Below are positions 47,064-56,006 of a DNA stretch of 64,000 nucleotides, piece after piece. Position numbers and translations under genes: made by a program. The notes beneath the pieces were generated by a model. It saw only the letters and a list, made by a program, of their open reading frames with translations. It did not search any database and had not been told where the DNA came from. Position 1 is the first letter of the stretch; each line of letters opens with the position of its first letter. The DNA lies in assembly GCA_039961715.1 (NCBI GenBank), contig JABRVW010000042.1, positions 1,025 to 65,024 on the forward strand, in the 5' to 3' direction. This stretch comes from Ignavibacterium sp. (GTDB taxonomy: Bacteria; Bacteroidota; Ignavibacteria; UBA10030).

Positions 47064-48767
47064 TCAGAAATCCCTCTTGAGCGACCGGAATCCGATGATG
47101 TATCCGAACGCAACAAGGAGGAGGGAGATGGCCCCAAAGACGATCGCGGGCGGAATCATGCGCTCAGGAGGAAACACGCCTCGGTAGAAGATTGCATCAA
47201 AGTGCCCGCTGACCGGAATGGCGATGATCGCGACCAGGAGGACGAGGTACATGAGCGTCATGAGAAACGTCAGCGTCGCCCCCTGGGACGAGGCGATGCG
47301 AATGGGATTCTTCTCCTGAAAGTTGCCAAAATATCCTCCGAGCCCCATGTTGAGGGCAGTCATTGTGAGCGAGACCACAAATGCGCTGTACAAACCGAAC
47401 CACAGCAAAATCCTGTTTGTGGGCGTGAGCCGGACAAACGGAGCGTTGGAGAAGTACGCCACCACGAGCGCCAGCACCGAAACGAGAAGAAACCCGATCA
47501 GAAACTTCACGGCGTAGTACGTACGCATCTTCACCGGCATGCTCCGCAGAGCCCAGAACGAGTTGCCCTCGAGGCTGATGAGCGGAAAAACAAACCGCAA
47601 TGCCAGGGAAGCGGAGAGGAATCCTCCGAAGGCATAGAGCACGAGGTACGTCAGCGCCGGAAGCTCGGCAACGCGAAGAATGAAGTTCAGGCCTCGAATA
47701 CTGCTCACGAACACCGTAATCAACACGATCATCACCGCCAGATGGATCCACTGGCTGGGTTCCCGAAAGAAAGCGAAATACTCCTTCTTGAGGATCGACT
47801 CTGCCTGAGCAGGAAGGATGGATTTCTTCCGGAAATCGAATACCGTCAGGCTCTTACCCGTCCGCGGAACGTTTGACGACGCCTGGAATTCGAACGTAAT
47901 CAACCAACTCCTATAATAGAACCGATGGGCAATAAGCAATGCGGTCACGAACATTCCCGCGGCGACGAACAGGAGCAACAGGCCCATCGGGAGACCGCGT
48001 TCGACTTCTCCGCGCGAGAGGAAGAACAGGAACTCTGCCAGCCAGTGATTGGGCAGAAATTTTGCAAAAAACGGGTCGAGCTGGGCGAGATTGATGTCCA
48101 CGTTCGGATAGTACCGCGCCGCGTTCTCAATGAGTTGAACCGGATTCGAAAACTTGAAGAAGACATACACCATCATCAAATACAACGAGCTCAGAAGGGC
48201 CACGACACGACGGAATCCTATTTTCCCCGCGATCTTCATCAGGCCCATGAGGATCAGAACGGCGATACAGGCGGACAACAGCATGAACGGAACGAGGAGA
48301 AAGACCATGATCCCCAGCATGGCGTACCATGGATAGCCCAGATAAGAGCCATAGCCGAGGAGGACCATGAAAGCCACCAGAAACAGGGTCGTAGAGCTGT
48401 AGAGAAAATTGTCAAGGAACTTCAGGGTGAAGATCGTGTGATAAGGAACAGGTTTGGTGAGGAGAGAAGCAACCTCCGGCGAACGGTAGAGCGTGGCGTA
48501 CGAAACGATGATATTGCCAAGATTCACCGACACAAAGAATACGAAAAGCATCATCGAAATGAACCGGTGAAAGAGGAACAGTCCGATCCTGGTCTCTTCG
48601 AGCACGTACCGCGTGATCCCATTGGAGAGGAAGTATGCCCCCGCGGCGAATCCTCCGAACACGAGGAGGGATCCCACGCCGCGCACCACCGAGACTGTGC
48701 GAAGGTCGAATGTCGTCTTGAAGAACGAGATGACCTTATAACGGAGGATGTGGAGAAACAGCGCCAT
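47064..48767 (-). CDS. Polytopic membrane protein, putative ABC exporter permease component
   Basis: 567 aa with about 12-14 hydrophobic helices. It lies directly downstream (1-nt gap) of an ABC ATPase gene. Confidence 0.6.
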   Translation of the reverse strand: MALFLHILRYKVISFFKTTFDLRTVSVVRGVGSLLVFGGFAAGAYFLSNGITRYVLEETRIGLFLFHRFISMMLFVFFVSVNLGNIIVSYATLYRSPEVASLLTKPVPYHTIFTLKFLDNFLYSSTTLFLVAFMVLLGYGSYLGYPWYAMLGIMVFLLVPFMLLSACIAVLILMGLMKIAGKIGFRRVVALLSSLYLMMVYVFFKFSNPVQLIENAARYYPNVDINLAQLDPFFAKFLPNHWLAEFLFFLSRGEVERGLPMGLLLLFVAAGMFVTALLIAHRFYYRSWLITFEFQASSNVPRTGKSLTVFDFRKKSILPAQAESILKKEYFAFFREPSQWIHLAVMIVLITVFVSSIRGLNFILRVAELPALTYLVLYAFGGFLSASLALRFVFPLISLEGNSFWALRSMPVKMRTYYAVKFLIGFLLVSVLALVVAYFSNAPFVRLTPTNRILLWFGLYSAFVVSLTMTALNMGLGGYFGNFQEKNPIRIASSQGATLTFLMTLMYLVLLVAIIAIPVSGHFDAIFYRGVFPPERMIPPAIVFGAISLLLVAFGYIIGFRSLKRDF

Positions 48768-48768
48768 G

Positions 48769-49488
48769 CTACTTTGTGAGCTCGAGGAAGACAGACTCGA
48801 ACTTGCCGTCGTACTGCTGTTTGTAGGCCTGAAGCTTATCCAGCGTGTCTGCGAAAATCAGCCGCCCGTTCTTGATGATGCCAATCCGGTCGCACAGCTC
48901 CTCGGCAATCTGCAGGCTGTGCGTGGACATGAACACGGCCATTCCTTCGCGGGACTTCCGCTTCAACGTGTCTTTCACAATGCGGGCACTGCGGGGATCC
49001 AGACCCACCATCGGCTCGTCGATGACGATGGCTTTGGGATCGTGGAGGAGCCCGGCGACAATCGTGATCCTCTGCCGCATGCCCTGCGAGTAATCTTCCG
49101 TTCTTTTATCCACCCACTCCCCGATCTCAAAATGCTCAATGAGTCGATCGATCTCCTCGCCCAGCCTGTCCTTTTCCATTCTGTACAATCCACCAACAAA
49201 ATAGAGAAACTCCCGGCCGGTGAGCTTGTCGTACAGGAAGGGCTGATCCGGAATGTAGGCCAGGGCCTTCTTTGCCTCCAGCGGTTCTTTCACCGTATCA
49301 TGCCCACCGAGGAGAATCCTTCCGCTCGTCGGCGTGAACAATCCTGCAATCATCTTGATCGTCGTGGTCTTTCCCGCGCCGTTCGGGCCAAGAAATCCAA
49401 AAAACTCTCCGCGTTCAATCGTGAGGGACAGGTTGTCCACGGCAACAAACGAACCGAATTTCTTGGTCACGTTTTCGATGCGAATCAC
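48769..49488 (-). CDS. ABC transporter ATP-binding protein
   Basis: GPNGAGKTTT (Walker A), an LSGG-like signature (YSQGMRQR) and VIDEP (Walker B). I prefer the GTG at 49488 with GGAGAG upstream, because the track start would overlap guaA. Confidence 0.83.
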   Translation of the reverse strand: MIRIENVTKKFGSFVAVDNLSLTIERGEFFGFLGPNGAGKTTTIKMIAGLFTPTSGRILLGGHDTVKEPLEAKKALAYIPDQPFLYDKLTGREFLYFVGGLYRMEKDRLGEEIDRLIEHFEIGEWVDKRTEDYSQGMRQRITIVAGLLHDPKAIVIDEPMVGLDPRSARIVKDTLKRKSREGMAVFMSTHSLQIAEELCDRIGIIKNGRLIFADTLDKLQAYKQQYDGKFESVFLELTK

Positions 49489-49555
49489 AAACGCTCTCTC
49501 CGATCCCTGAATGAGATCCACATTGTGTCCCGGGTCTTTCCTTTTGAACTGCTTT

Positions 49556-51124
49556 CTATTCCCACTCGATCGTCGCAGGGGGCTTGGAGCTGATGTCGTA
49601 CACAACCCTGTTGATCCCCCGAAGCTCGTTGATGATGCGGTTTGAGATCGCGGCGAGTACATCCGGAGGTATGCGGGCCCAGTCCGCCGTCATGCCATCG
49701 ACGCTCGTTACCGCCCGCAGTGCAAGAACGGATTCGTACGTGCGTCCGTCGCCCATGACGCCGACTGACCGCACGGGCAGAAGGACTGCAAAGGCCTGCC
49801 AGATCTCGTCGTACAAGCCGGCCTTTCGGACCTCGTCGAGAAAAATCTCATCGGCTTCGCGCAGGAGGTCGAGCTTCTCCTTCGTGATCTCTCCCAGAAT
49901 GCGCACGGCGAGCCCGGGCCCCGGAAACGGATGCCGGCCGACAAGTTCCGCGGAAAGTCCAAGGCGGCGGCCCACTTCCCGGACCTCGTCCTTGAACAAT
50001 TCACGAAACGGCTCGAGCAACCTGAAGTTCATCCGCTCCGGCAACCCCCCGACATTATGATGGGTCTTGATCGTCACCGAAGGACCTTTGAACGAAACGG
50101 ACTCGATCACGTCCGGATACAGGGTTCCCTGGGCCAGGAATTCGAATCTCGACTGGTGCTTTGCCCGGGCCTCCGATTCCAGAGACTTCGCTTCCTTTTC
50201 AAAAATATCGATAAAGGCCTTCCCAATGATCTTTCGTTTTTGCTCAGGATCCGTCACACCCCTGAGCCGGGCCAGAAACTCTTCGCTTGCGTCAATGAGC
50301 GTCAGCGGAATGTGAAACTGGCTGCGAAAGGCATCCACAACAGCCTCGCTCTCCCCCTTCCGCATGAGGCCGGTGTTGATGTGGATGCAATGGAGGCGCT
50401 CGCCGATTGCCTTGTGAATCAGCACCGCCGCAACTGATGAGTCCACTCCTCCGCTCAGCGCGCAGAGAACCCTGGACGATCCCACCGTCGCTCTAATCTC
50501 ATCAAGCGCCCGATCAACAAAGGCTTCAGGCGTCCAGTTTCCTTGTGCCCCGCAAACGCCCAGGACGAAATTCTTCAGGATCTTCTTCCCATCGGGCGTG
50601 TGGACCACTTCGGGGTGGAACTGCACGCCGAAGATCTTTTTGGCGGGATTTCTGATTGCGCAGATGGGGGCGTTGGTGCTGTGTGCAATCGGTTCAAAGC
50701 CGGGGGGAATTTTGCTCAGCGCGTCGCCGTGGCTCATCCAGACCGTCGTCGAGCCGTCGAGGCCCGCAAACAGATCGTCCCTGTTGTCGATGACCAGGCT
50801 GGCCTTGCCGAATTCGCGGCGGGCCGAGGGGTCAACCTTGCCGCCGAGGTGATGGGCAATCACTTGGAGGCCGTAGCAGATTCCAAGCACGGGAATGCCA
50901 AGATCGAAAATCCCGGGATCGGGCTGGGGGGAGTCCTTTTCAAAGACGCTCGAAGGACCTCCGGAGAGAATGATGCCAAGCGGAGAGCGGGAACGGATGG
51001 TATCAAGAGGATAATTGAACGGCTGGATCTCAGAGAACACGCCCAACTCGCGTATGCGACGGGCGATAAGCTGGGTGTATTGGCCGCCGAAGTCGAGCAC
51101 GAGCACAAATTCAGTGGATTTCAT
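49556..51124 (-). CDS. guaA: GMP synthase (glutamine-hydrolysing)
   Basis: GATase domain (ICYGLQ, HPE), [12 protein letters not shown]-loop, and the C-terminal ...KPPATIEWE. Confidence 0.95.
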   Translation of the reverse strand: MKSTEFVLVLDFGGQYTQLIARRIRELGVFSEIQPFNYPLDTIRSRSPLGIILSGGPSSVFEKDSPQPDPGIFDLGIPVLGICYGLQVIAHHLGGKVDPSARREFGKASLVIDNRDDLFAGLDGSTTVWMSHGDALSKIPPGFEPIAHSTNAPICAIRNPAKKIFGVQFHPEVVHTPDGKKILKNFVLGVCGAQGNWTPEAFVDRALDEIRATVGSSRVLCALSGGVDSSVAAVLIHKAIGERLHCIHINTGLMRKGESEAVVDAFRSQFHIPLTLIDASEEFLARLRGVTDPEQKRKIIGKAFIDIFEKEAKSLESEARAKHQSRFEFLAQGTLYPDVIESVSFKGPSVTIKTHHNVGGLPERMNFRLLEPFRELFKDEVREVGRRLGLSAELVGRHPFPGPGLAVRILGEITKEKLDLLREADEIFLDEVRKAGLYDEIWQAFAVLLPVRSVGVMGDGRTYESVLALRAVTSVDGMTADWARIPPDVLAAISNRIINELRGINRVVYDISSKPPATIEWE

Positions 51125-51200
51125 GCGTCCAATATAGAAAAAACTGCCGCGGTTTCCAAAGATGGGGGGACTTCAAACAAGCAGGCTTGCGACGGGAGGA

Positions 51201-51392
51201 TCAGTTCTTTTTCTGTTCCTGCATCAAGGATCGCGCTTCCAGCATGACTTCCTCGACGAACCTTCGGCGCTCATTCTCGTTGCGAATGTTGAGGAGATAA
51301 GCGCGTTGTTCGCGAAGGTATTTCTGCACGGCTTCTGTCGCGCGAGACTGGACTTCGCGGGAAAGCCAATCGAATGTTTCAAGTGCGGACAT
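51201..51392 (-). CDS. Hypothetical small helical protein (63 aa)
   Basis: Coding-like codon usage and a charged helical sequence. No recognisable family. Confidence 0.4.
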   Translation of the reverse strand: MSALETFDWLSREVQSRATEAVQKYLREQRAYLLNIRNENERRRFVEEVMLEARSLMQEQKKN

Positions 51393-51688
51393 GATTCAAG
51401 GACCCGTATCGTTGAGCAGAAAAATCGAGGTTTTTTATCGTCGAATCAAGTGAAGGGAGAAGCGTGCCATGCATTCATGGCCTGGGGGGAGAGACTTTCT
51501 CCGAACCAGAGTGCAACGTCCCCCCCTTTTTTGGAATTGTCTTCCCAAAAAAACGCAGTGGAGAGTCGAGAAGACACCGGAGAGGACAGGGGCCTGGAAA
51601 GTGCCGTTTTTGTGCGGTTTTGGACATGGCACAGCGATTGCAGCCGGTACCAGCAACAAGGCGCATATTTTTTGATGAGAGGTTCGCC

Positions 51689-52882
51689 ATGAAACGGTTA
51701 CTGATGGTTCTCGGAATGCTTGCACTTGTGCCTGTGCTCGACACACGCACGTCGGACGCAATCGCCCACACGCAGTCTTTCACCATGGGCGTCCGGTTCG
51801 GGCATGCGGGCTATTTCTACAGCGCTCTTCGTCCATATGGAGAATGGATCGAGATCGGAACGGGGTTCTACGGCTGGCGTCCCGTCCGTGTGCGGTCGGG
51901 GTGGCGGCCTTACCTGCACGGTCGATGGGTATGGACGGATTATGGATGGTACTGGGCTTCCTACGAGCCTTTCGGCTGGGCTGTATTCCACTACGGCCGT
52001 TGGTACTATGATGATTACTACGGATGGATCTGGATTCCGGACGACGTCTGGGGTCCGGCCTGGGTTGAATGGCGATATGACGATTACTACATCGGGTGGG
52101 CTCCCCTGCCTCCTTATGCAACGTTCAGCATTTCCGTCGGCATCCGGTTTACGACCCAGTGGTATGCCCCGGCGCGCTACTGGTGCTTCGTGCCTTTCGG
52201 CCGGTTCACAGCGACGCGGGTCGACGGCTACGTGCTCCATGAAAGCACGACCCGGCGGCTGATCCGAACAACGCGTTCCGCGGTGCGCTATGAAGTCGAT
52301 CGTGATCGCGTGATTAACCGCGGCGTTGACCGTGAAATCATCGAGCGGCGCGGGAACACGAGGATTCCGAGGGCAGACGTTGTTGAAACACGTGATCGCC
52401 AGGAGCGGATCCTCCGAAACGGCTCGCAGGAACGGATCGAGGTTCACCGGCCCAGCCGGACTGACCTGGAACGAAGCGAAGATCGGATTGAGGCGCGAAA
52501 GCTTGAACGGAAGACAACACTGAATCTTGACCGTGTTGATCGTAGTCAGAGATCGGATCAGGGGTATGAGCAAGGGGAAAGCAAGACTGAACGCCCCAAG
52601 CGTCGTACGCCTACGCTGGAACCTGAGCGAAGGTCTGCCGTAGAACGCGAGCTTTTTCGGCCTCAGGATCAAGGCATTCAGAGGCGCACTACACCACCAT
52701 CTGACCGTCGTCAGGCACCAAGCGAATTCCGGCGCATCAGACCTGAACAGCCGTCGGTACAGGGACGGGGGGGATCAACGGATCAGAGGCGGCCTTCGAT
52801 TCAACGTAGAGAAGGATCGTCAGAGCAGAGGCAATCTTCTGGGAGGACGCAATCGGGGAGCAAGCGGGGAAGGGAGAGGTGA
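51689..52882 (+). CDS. Secreted W/Y-rich repeat protein (YXWGXW/DUF6600-like) with long Arg/Glu/Ser-rich disordered tail
   Basis: The ATG at 51689 gives the signal peptide MKRLLMVLGMLALVP. Repeats follow (GWRPVRV..GWRPY..GRWVWTDYGWYWASYEPFGWAVFHYGRWYYDDYYGWIWIPDDVWGPAWVEW), then about 200 aa of RERD-rich low complexity. Confidence 0.65.
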   Translation: MKRLLMVLGMLALVPVLDTRTSDAIAHTQSFTMGVRFGHAGYFYSALRPYGEWIEIGTGFYGWRPVRVRSGWRPYLHGRWVWTDYGWYWASYEPFGWAVFHYGRWYYDDYYGWIWIPDDVWGPAWVEWRYDDYYIGWAPLPPYATFSISVGIRFTTQWYAPARYWCFVPFGRFTATRVDGYVLHESTTRRLIRTTRSAVRYEVDRDRVINRGVDREIIERRGNTRIPRADVVETRDRQERILRNGSQERIEVHRPSRTDLERSEDRIEARKLERKTTLNLDRVDRSQRSDQGYEQGESKTERPKRRTPTLEPERRSAVERELFRPQDQGIQRRTTPPSDRRQAPSEFRRIRPEQPSVQGRGGSTDQRRPSIQRREGSSEQRQSSGRTQSGSKRGRER

Positions 52883-52995
52883 GATTGAAGGATTGAAGGA
52901 TTGAAGGATTGGAGGATTGGAGGATTGAATCATTGAATCAATGGCTCAATGAATCAATGGCTCAATCAATCAATGACTCCTCAATGACTCAATTT
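52883..52995. repeat. 8-nt-period degenerate tandem repeat block in two mutually complementary halves
   Basis: The first half is (GATTGAAG)x3 (GATTGGAG)x2 GATTGAAT. The second half is CATTGAAT CAATGGCT CAATGAAT CAATGGCT CAATCAAT CAATGACT ... The block fills the whole gap between convergent genes. Confidence 0.9.
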
Positions 52996-52999
52996 CTCC

Positions 53000-53572
53000 C
53001 TATTCCAGTTTCAGCTTTTTCAGCTTCGGTCTGATCACAAACGTGCAGTATGGAGCGTTGGGGTTGTTCTTGTAGTAATCCTGATGGTAGTTCTCGGCCT
53101 CGTAAAACTCCTTCAGAGGCTCGATCTGGGTCACAATTGGACCGTCAAACTCCTTCTGTACCTCCTTCAGCGACTTTTCCGCGGCCTTGCGCTGGGCGTT
53201 GTCATGATAAAAAATGACTGATCGGTACTGGGTGCCGACGTCTGCGCCCTGCCTGTTCAGGGTCGTGGGGTCGTGAGACTTCCAGAACATGGCAAGAAGC
53301 TGCTCGTAGCTTATGACCGACGGATCATACGTTATTTGTGCCACCTCGGCGTGCCCGGTCGCGCCTGAACAGACTTCTTTATACGTCGGATTCTTTGTCG
53401 TCCCGCCGGCATATCCCGCCACGACACTCTGAACACCCGGCAGACGTTCGTAAACGGCTTCTACACACCAGAAGCACCCGGCACCAAAGGTGGCTGCCTC
53501 AGTTTTCGGCATGGGTTGTCCTTTCGTTATTCCGACCAGGAGGGTCAGGAGAAGTGTGAGTGGGGATTTCAT
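53000..53572 (-). CDS. msrA: Peptide-methionine (S)-S-oxide reductase MsrA (secreted)
   Basis: ATFGAGCFWCVEAVY active site, GHAEVVQ-like GHAEVAQITYDP, and a signal peptide. Confidence 0.92.
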   Translation of the reverse strand: MKSPLTLLLTLLVGITKGQPMPKTEAATFGAGCFWCVEAVYERLPGVQSVVAGYAGGTTKNPTYKEVCSGATGHAEVAQITYDPSVISYEQLLAMFWKSHDPTTLNRQGADVGTQYRSVIFYHDNAQRKAAEKSLKEVQKEFDGPIVTQIEPLKEFYEAENYHQDYYKNNPNAPYCTFVIRPKLKKLKLE

Positions 53573-53690
53573 AGCATATCAGTTGACCAACATGGTTTTG
53601 TTTTGAACGACCGTGTTGTCGGACCTGTCCGTACTGTAATCTGACAAATGCAGATGCCACTTGCAAGTTGTAAACCGGATCTCCACCCCA

Positions 53691-53733
53691 CCTTTCCAAG
53701 GTACATATGTTTAACATAGATACCTTGGAAAGG
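53691..53733. promoter_or_regulatory. 43-nt near-perfect palindrome (13-bp perfect outer arms)
   Basis: CCTTTCCAAGGTA-caTATGTTtAACATAga-TACCTTGGAAAGG, located between the rluD stop and the msrA start. Confidence 0.5.
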
Positions 53734-53755
53734 TATGTCCATGGACTGAAGGAGT

Positions 53756-54742
53756 TCAGCCCTTCCAGCCAACGGTTCGAAGCACGGACACCATGTCATC
53801 CGGAAGGGGTGATTCAAACATCACGCGCTTGCCCGTTGAGGGATGTACAAACCCAATCGTTCGTGCATGGAGGGCCTGGCGTTGGAGGGTCTTCAACAAC
53901 GCAACCGCCTGACGCTCATCCTTGCCCGTCAATCCCCCCCACGAGGAGCTCCTTCCGCCATAGGTCGGATCCCCGAACACGGGGTGGCCCGCGTGGGCCA
54001 GATGAACCCTGATCTGATGTGTTCGGCCGGTCCTGAGCTTCAGCGCCAGCAAGGTCAGGAACACAAATGTTTCGAGCACACGGTATTCCGTGACCGCCGG
54101 CTTTCCGTCTGCCGACACGGCAACTTTCTTGCGGTCCTTCTTGCTTCGTCCCAACGCGGCTTCGATGATACCCGATTGTTCTCTGAAGCGGCCCCAAACG
54201 ATTGCCCAGTACTCGCGATCCACGGTTCTGCGCGCGAACTGCTTCGCCAGGATGTGATGGGCGCGGTCGTTCTTTGCAACGACCAGCAGGCCCGTCGTAT
54301 CCTTGTCGAGCCGATGCACAATGCCGGGACGCATCTCGGTGTTGACCGACGACAACGAGCCCGTGTGGTGGAGAAGGGCATTAACGAGCGTTCCCGTATA
54401 ATTGCCATACGCCGGATGGGTCACCATGCCCGCGGGCTTGTTTACTACAAGCAGATCGTCGTCCTCGTATACAATGTCCAGCGGAATCTCCTCGGCGACG
54501 GCTTTTGGACGCGGAGGACGTGGAAGAATCACGTCAATGACTTCGCCGGGAGAGACCGAATGGCTTGACCGGACGGGCCTGCCGTTGACCCTGACCAACC
54601 CGTCACTGATGGCCTTCTGCACCTTGTTGCGTGTGGCGTTCTGGATCTGGCGCGTCAAATAGATGTCCAGCCGCTCCTTTGCCTGTTTCGGGGAAACGAC
54701 CAAACGGAGGGTTTCGCGGATGTCGGCGGTGTCATCCGCCAT
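53756..54742 (-). CDS. rluD: RluA-family 23S rRNA pseudouridine synthase (RluD-like, with S4 domain)
   Basis: S4 domain (RLDIYL...), HRLDKDTTGLLVVAK and GRTHQIRVH. Confidence 0.9.
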   Translation of the reverse strand: MADDTADIRETLRLVVSPKQAKERLDIYLTRQIQNATRNKVQKAISDGLVRVNGRPVRSSHSVSPGEVIDVILPRPPRPKAVAEEIPLDIVYEDDDLLVVNKPAGMVTHPAYGNYTGTLVNALLHHTGSLSSVNTEMRPGIVHRLDKDTTGLLVVAKNDRAHHILAKQFARRTVDREYWAIVWGRFREQSGIIEAALGRSKKDRKKVAVSADGKPAVTEYRVLETFVFLTLLALKLRTGRTHQIRVHLAHAGHPVFGDPTYGGRSSSWGGLTGKDERQAVALLKTLQRQALHARTIGFVHPSTGKRVMFESPLPDDMVSVLRTVGWKG

Positions 54743-54753
54743 GAGTGGTACCG

Positions 54754-55416
54754 TCAGGAGGGAAAAGAGGACTGTCCCGGTGCCGACGGGCCGTCCTTCA
54801 TTGCATCACGCGTACCAGGGGCCACTGGAGAGCCTGGGGAGTCGGCCGCGTAGGACACGCTCGGCTCGCCGGCTTTGGTGAATTTACGGTGGAAAACCAG
54901 AAGAATCAGAACACCAAGAGAAACGGCCGAGTCGGCCACGTTGAACACCGGCCAGCGGCTGATGTGGAATCCGAGGATGTCGAGGTTGAAGAAATCGATA
55001 TCCACAAAGTCCACGACCTTGCCGTAAAACAGCGGACCCTCGCCGAAGATGACGCCGTAGAACACGCGATCGATAAGGTTTCCGATTGCGCCGCCCAGAA
55101 TCATGGCAAGCGACAGACGAATCGGAAAGGCCTCGTCGCGGATCTTATGGAGATAGATGAAGATGCCGATGCTTGCAAAGAGGGAGAAGATCGTCAGGAA
55201 GAGTTTTCCTCCCACATCGATTCCAAAAGCCATTCCCGGGTTTTCGATGTATGTCAAACGCAGAAAATCGCCCAGGATGGCCCTGCTGCTGCCGAGCGGG
55301 ACACCGGGATGATACAGGCCAAGGAACGGAAGCGAAAAGCCCTTGACGAGCAGTTTCGCAACCTGATCGACCACGACAATGGCACCAGTAATGTACAGGA
55401 TGCGCATGGGAGCCAT
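54754..55416 (-). CDS. lspA: Signal peptidase II (lipoprotein signal peptidase)
   Basis: NPGMAFG and WPVFNVADSAVSLG motifs. Position after ileS and the dksA-like gene. Confidence 0.88.
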   Translation of the reverse strand: MAPMRILYITGAIVVVDQVAKLLVKGFSLPFLGLYHPGVPLGSSRAILGDFLRLTYIENPGMAFGIDVGGKLFLTIFSLFASIGIFIYLHKIRDEAFPIRLSLAMILGGAIGNLIDRVFYGVIFGEGPLFYGKVVDFVDIDFFNLDILGFHISRWPVFNVADSAVSLGVLILLVFHRKFTKAGEPSVSYAADSPGSPVAPGTRDAMKDGPSAPGQSSFPS

Positions 55417-55435
55417 ATGCGAAGACCGCCCTACC

Positions 55436-55939
55436 TCATTTTCCTCTCTTCATCTTGCAATCCACGCACAACTGTGCATGGGGAACCGCCTCCAGCCTCT
55501 CCTTTTCGATCAATTTTCCGCAGTCGTTGCAGAAACCGTAATCCCCCTTGTCGATCCGTTTGAGCGCATCGTCCAGGTAGTTCAGGAATTTTCCTTCCCG
55601 CGACGCGAACAGGAACGTTTTCTCGCGCTCCATCGTGTCGGTGCCCTGCTCCATATGAAGCGAGTATGCCGAATTCTCCTGCGTGTACTCACCTGTGGTC
55701 GAGTCCATGATCGTCGCCCGCAAGGCTTCTAATTCCTCCAAAATCTCCTTGCGCTTTTCCATGATGATCTGGCGGAAGTGCTCCAACTCGGCTTTGCTGT
55801 ACCCCTTGCCTCGCACAGGGGCCTTCTCCGGAGCCGGTTTCGCCTTCACGGAAACGGTTTTCACCCGCTGAACCGTCTGTTTCTTTGCTTGCGCGGTCTT
55901 TTTCACCGTTTTTGTCTTCTTCACAGCCTTTTTTGCCAT
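55436..55939 (-). CDS. TraR/DksA-family C4 zinc-finger protein
   Basis: C-terminal CNDCGKLIEKERLEAVPHAQLCVDC, a Lys-rich N-terminal tail, and AGGAG 7 nt upstream of the ATG at 55939. Confidence 0.8.
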   Translation of the reverse strand: MAKKAVKKTKTVKKTAQAKKQTVQRVKTVSVKAKPAPEKAPVRGKGYSKAELEHFRQIIMEKRKEILEELEALRATIMDSTTGEYTQENSAYSLHMEQGTDTMEREKTFLFASREGKFLNYLDDALKRIDKGDYGFCNDCGKLIEKERLEAVPHAQLCVDCKMKRGK

Positions 55940-56006
55940 CGTCCTCTCCTTCCAGATTCGTACGCCGCGACGGAACTTGGTCGCCGACCTGTGCAAACCT
56001 ACAAAA

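Noticed and set aside
52883-52995. Possible CRISPR array (also considered for 60131-60239)
   Set aside because: The period is only 8-9 nt with no unique spacers, there are no cas genes in the window, and the units are degenerate. These are micro/minisatellite-type repeats.
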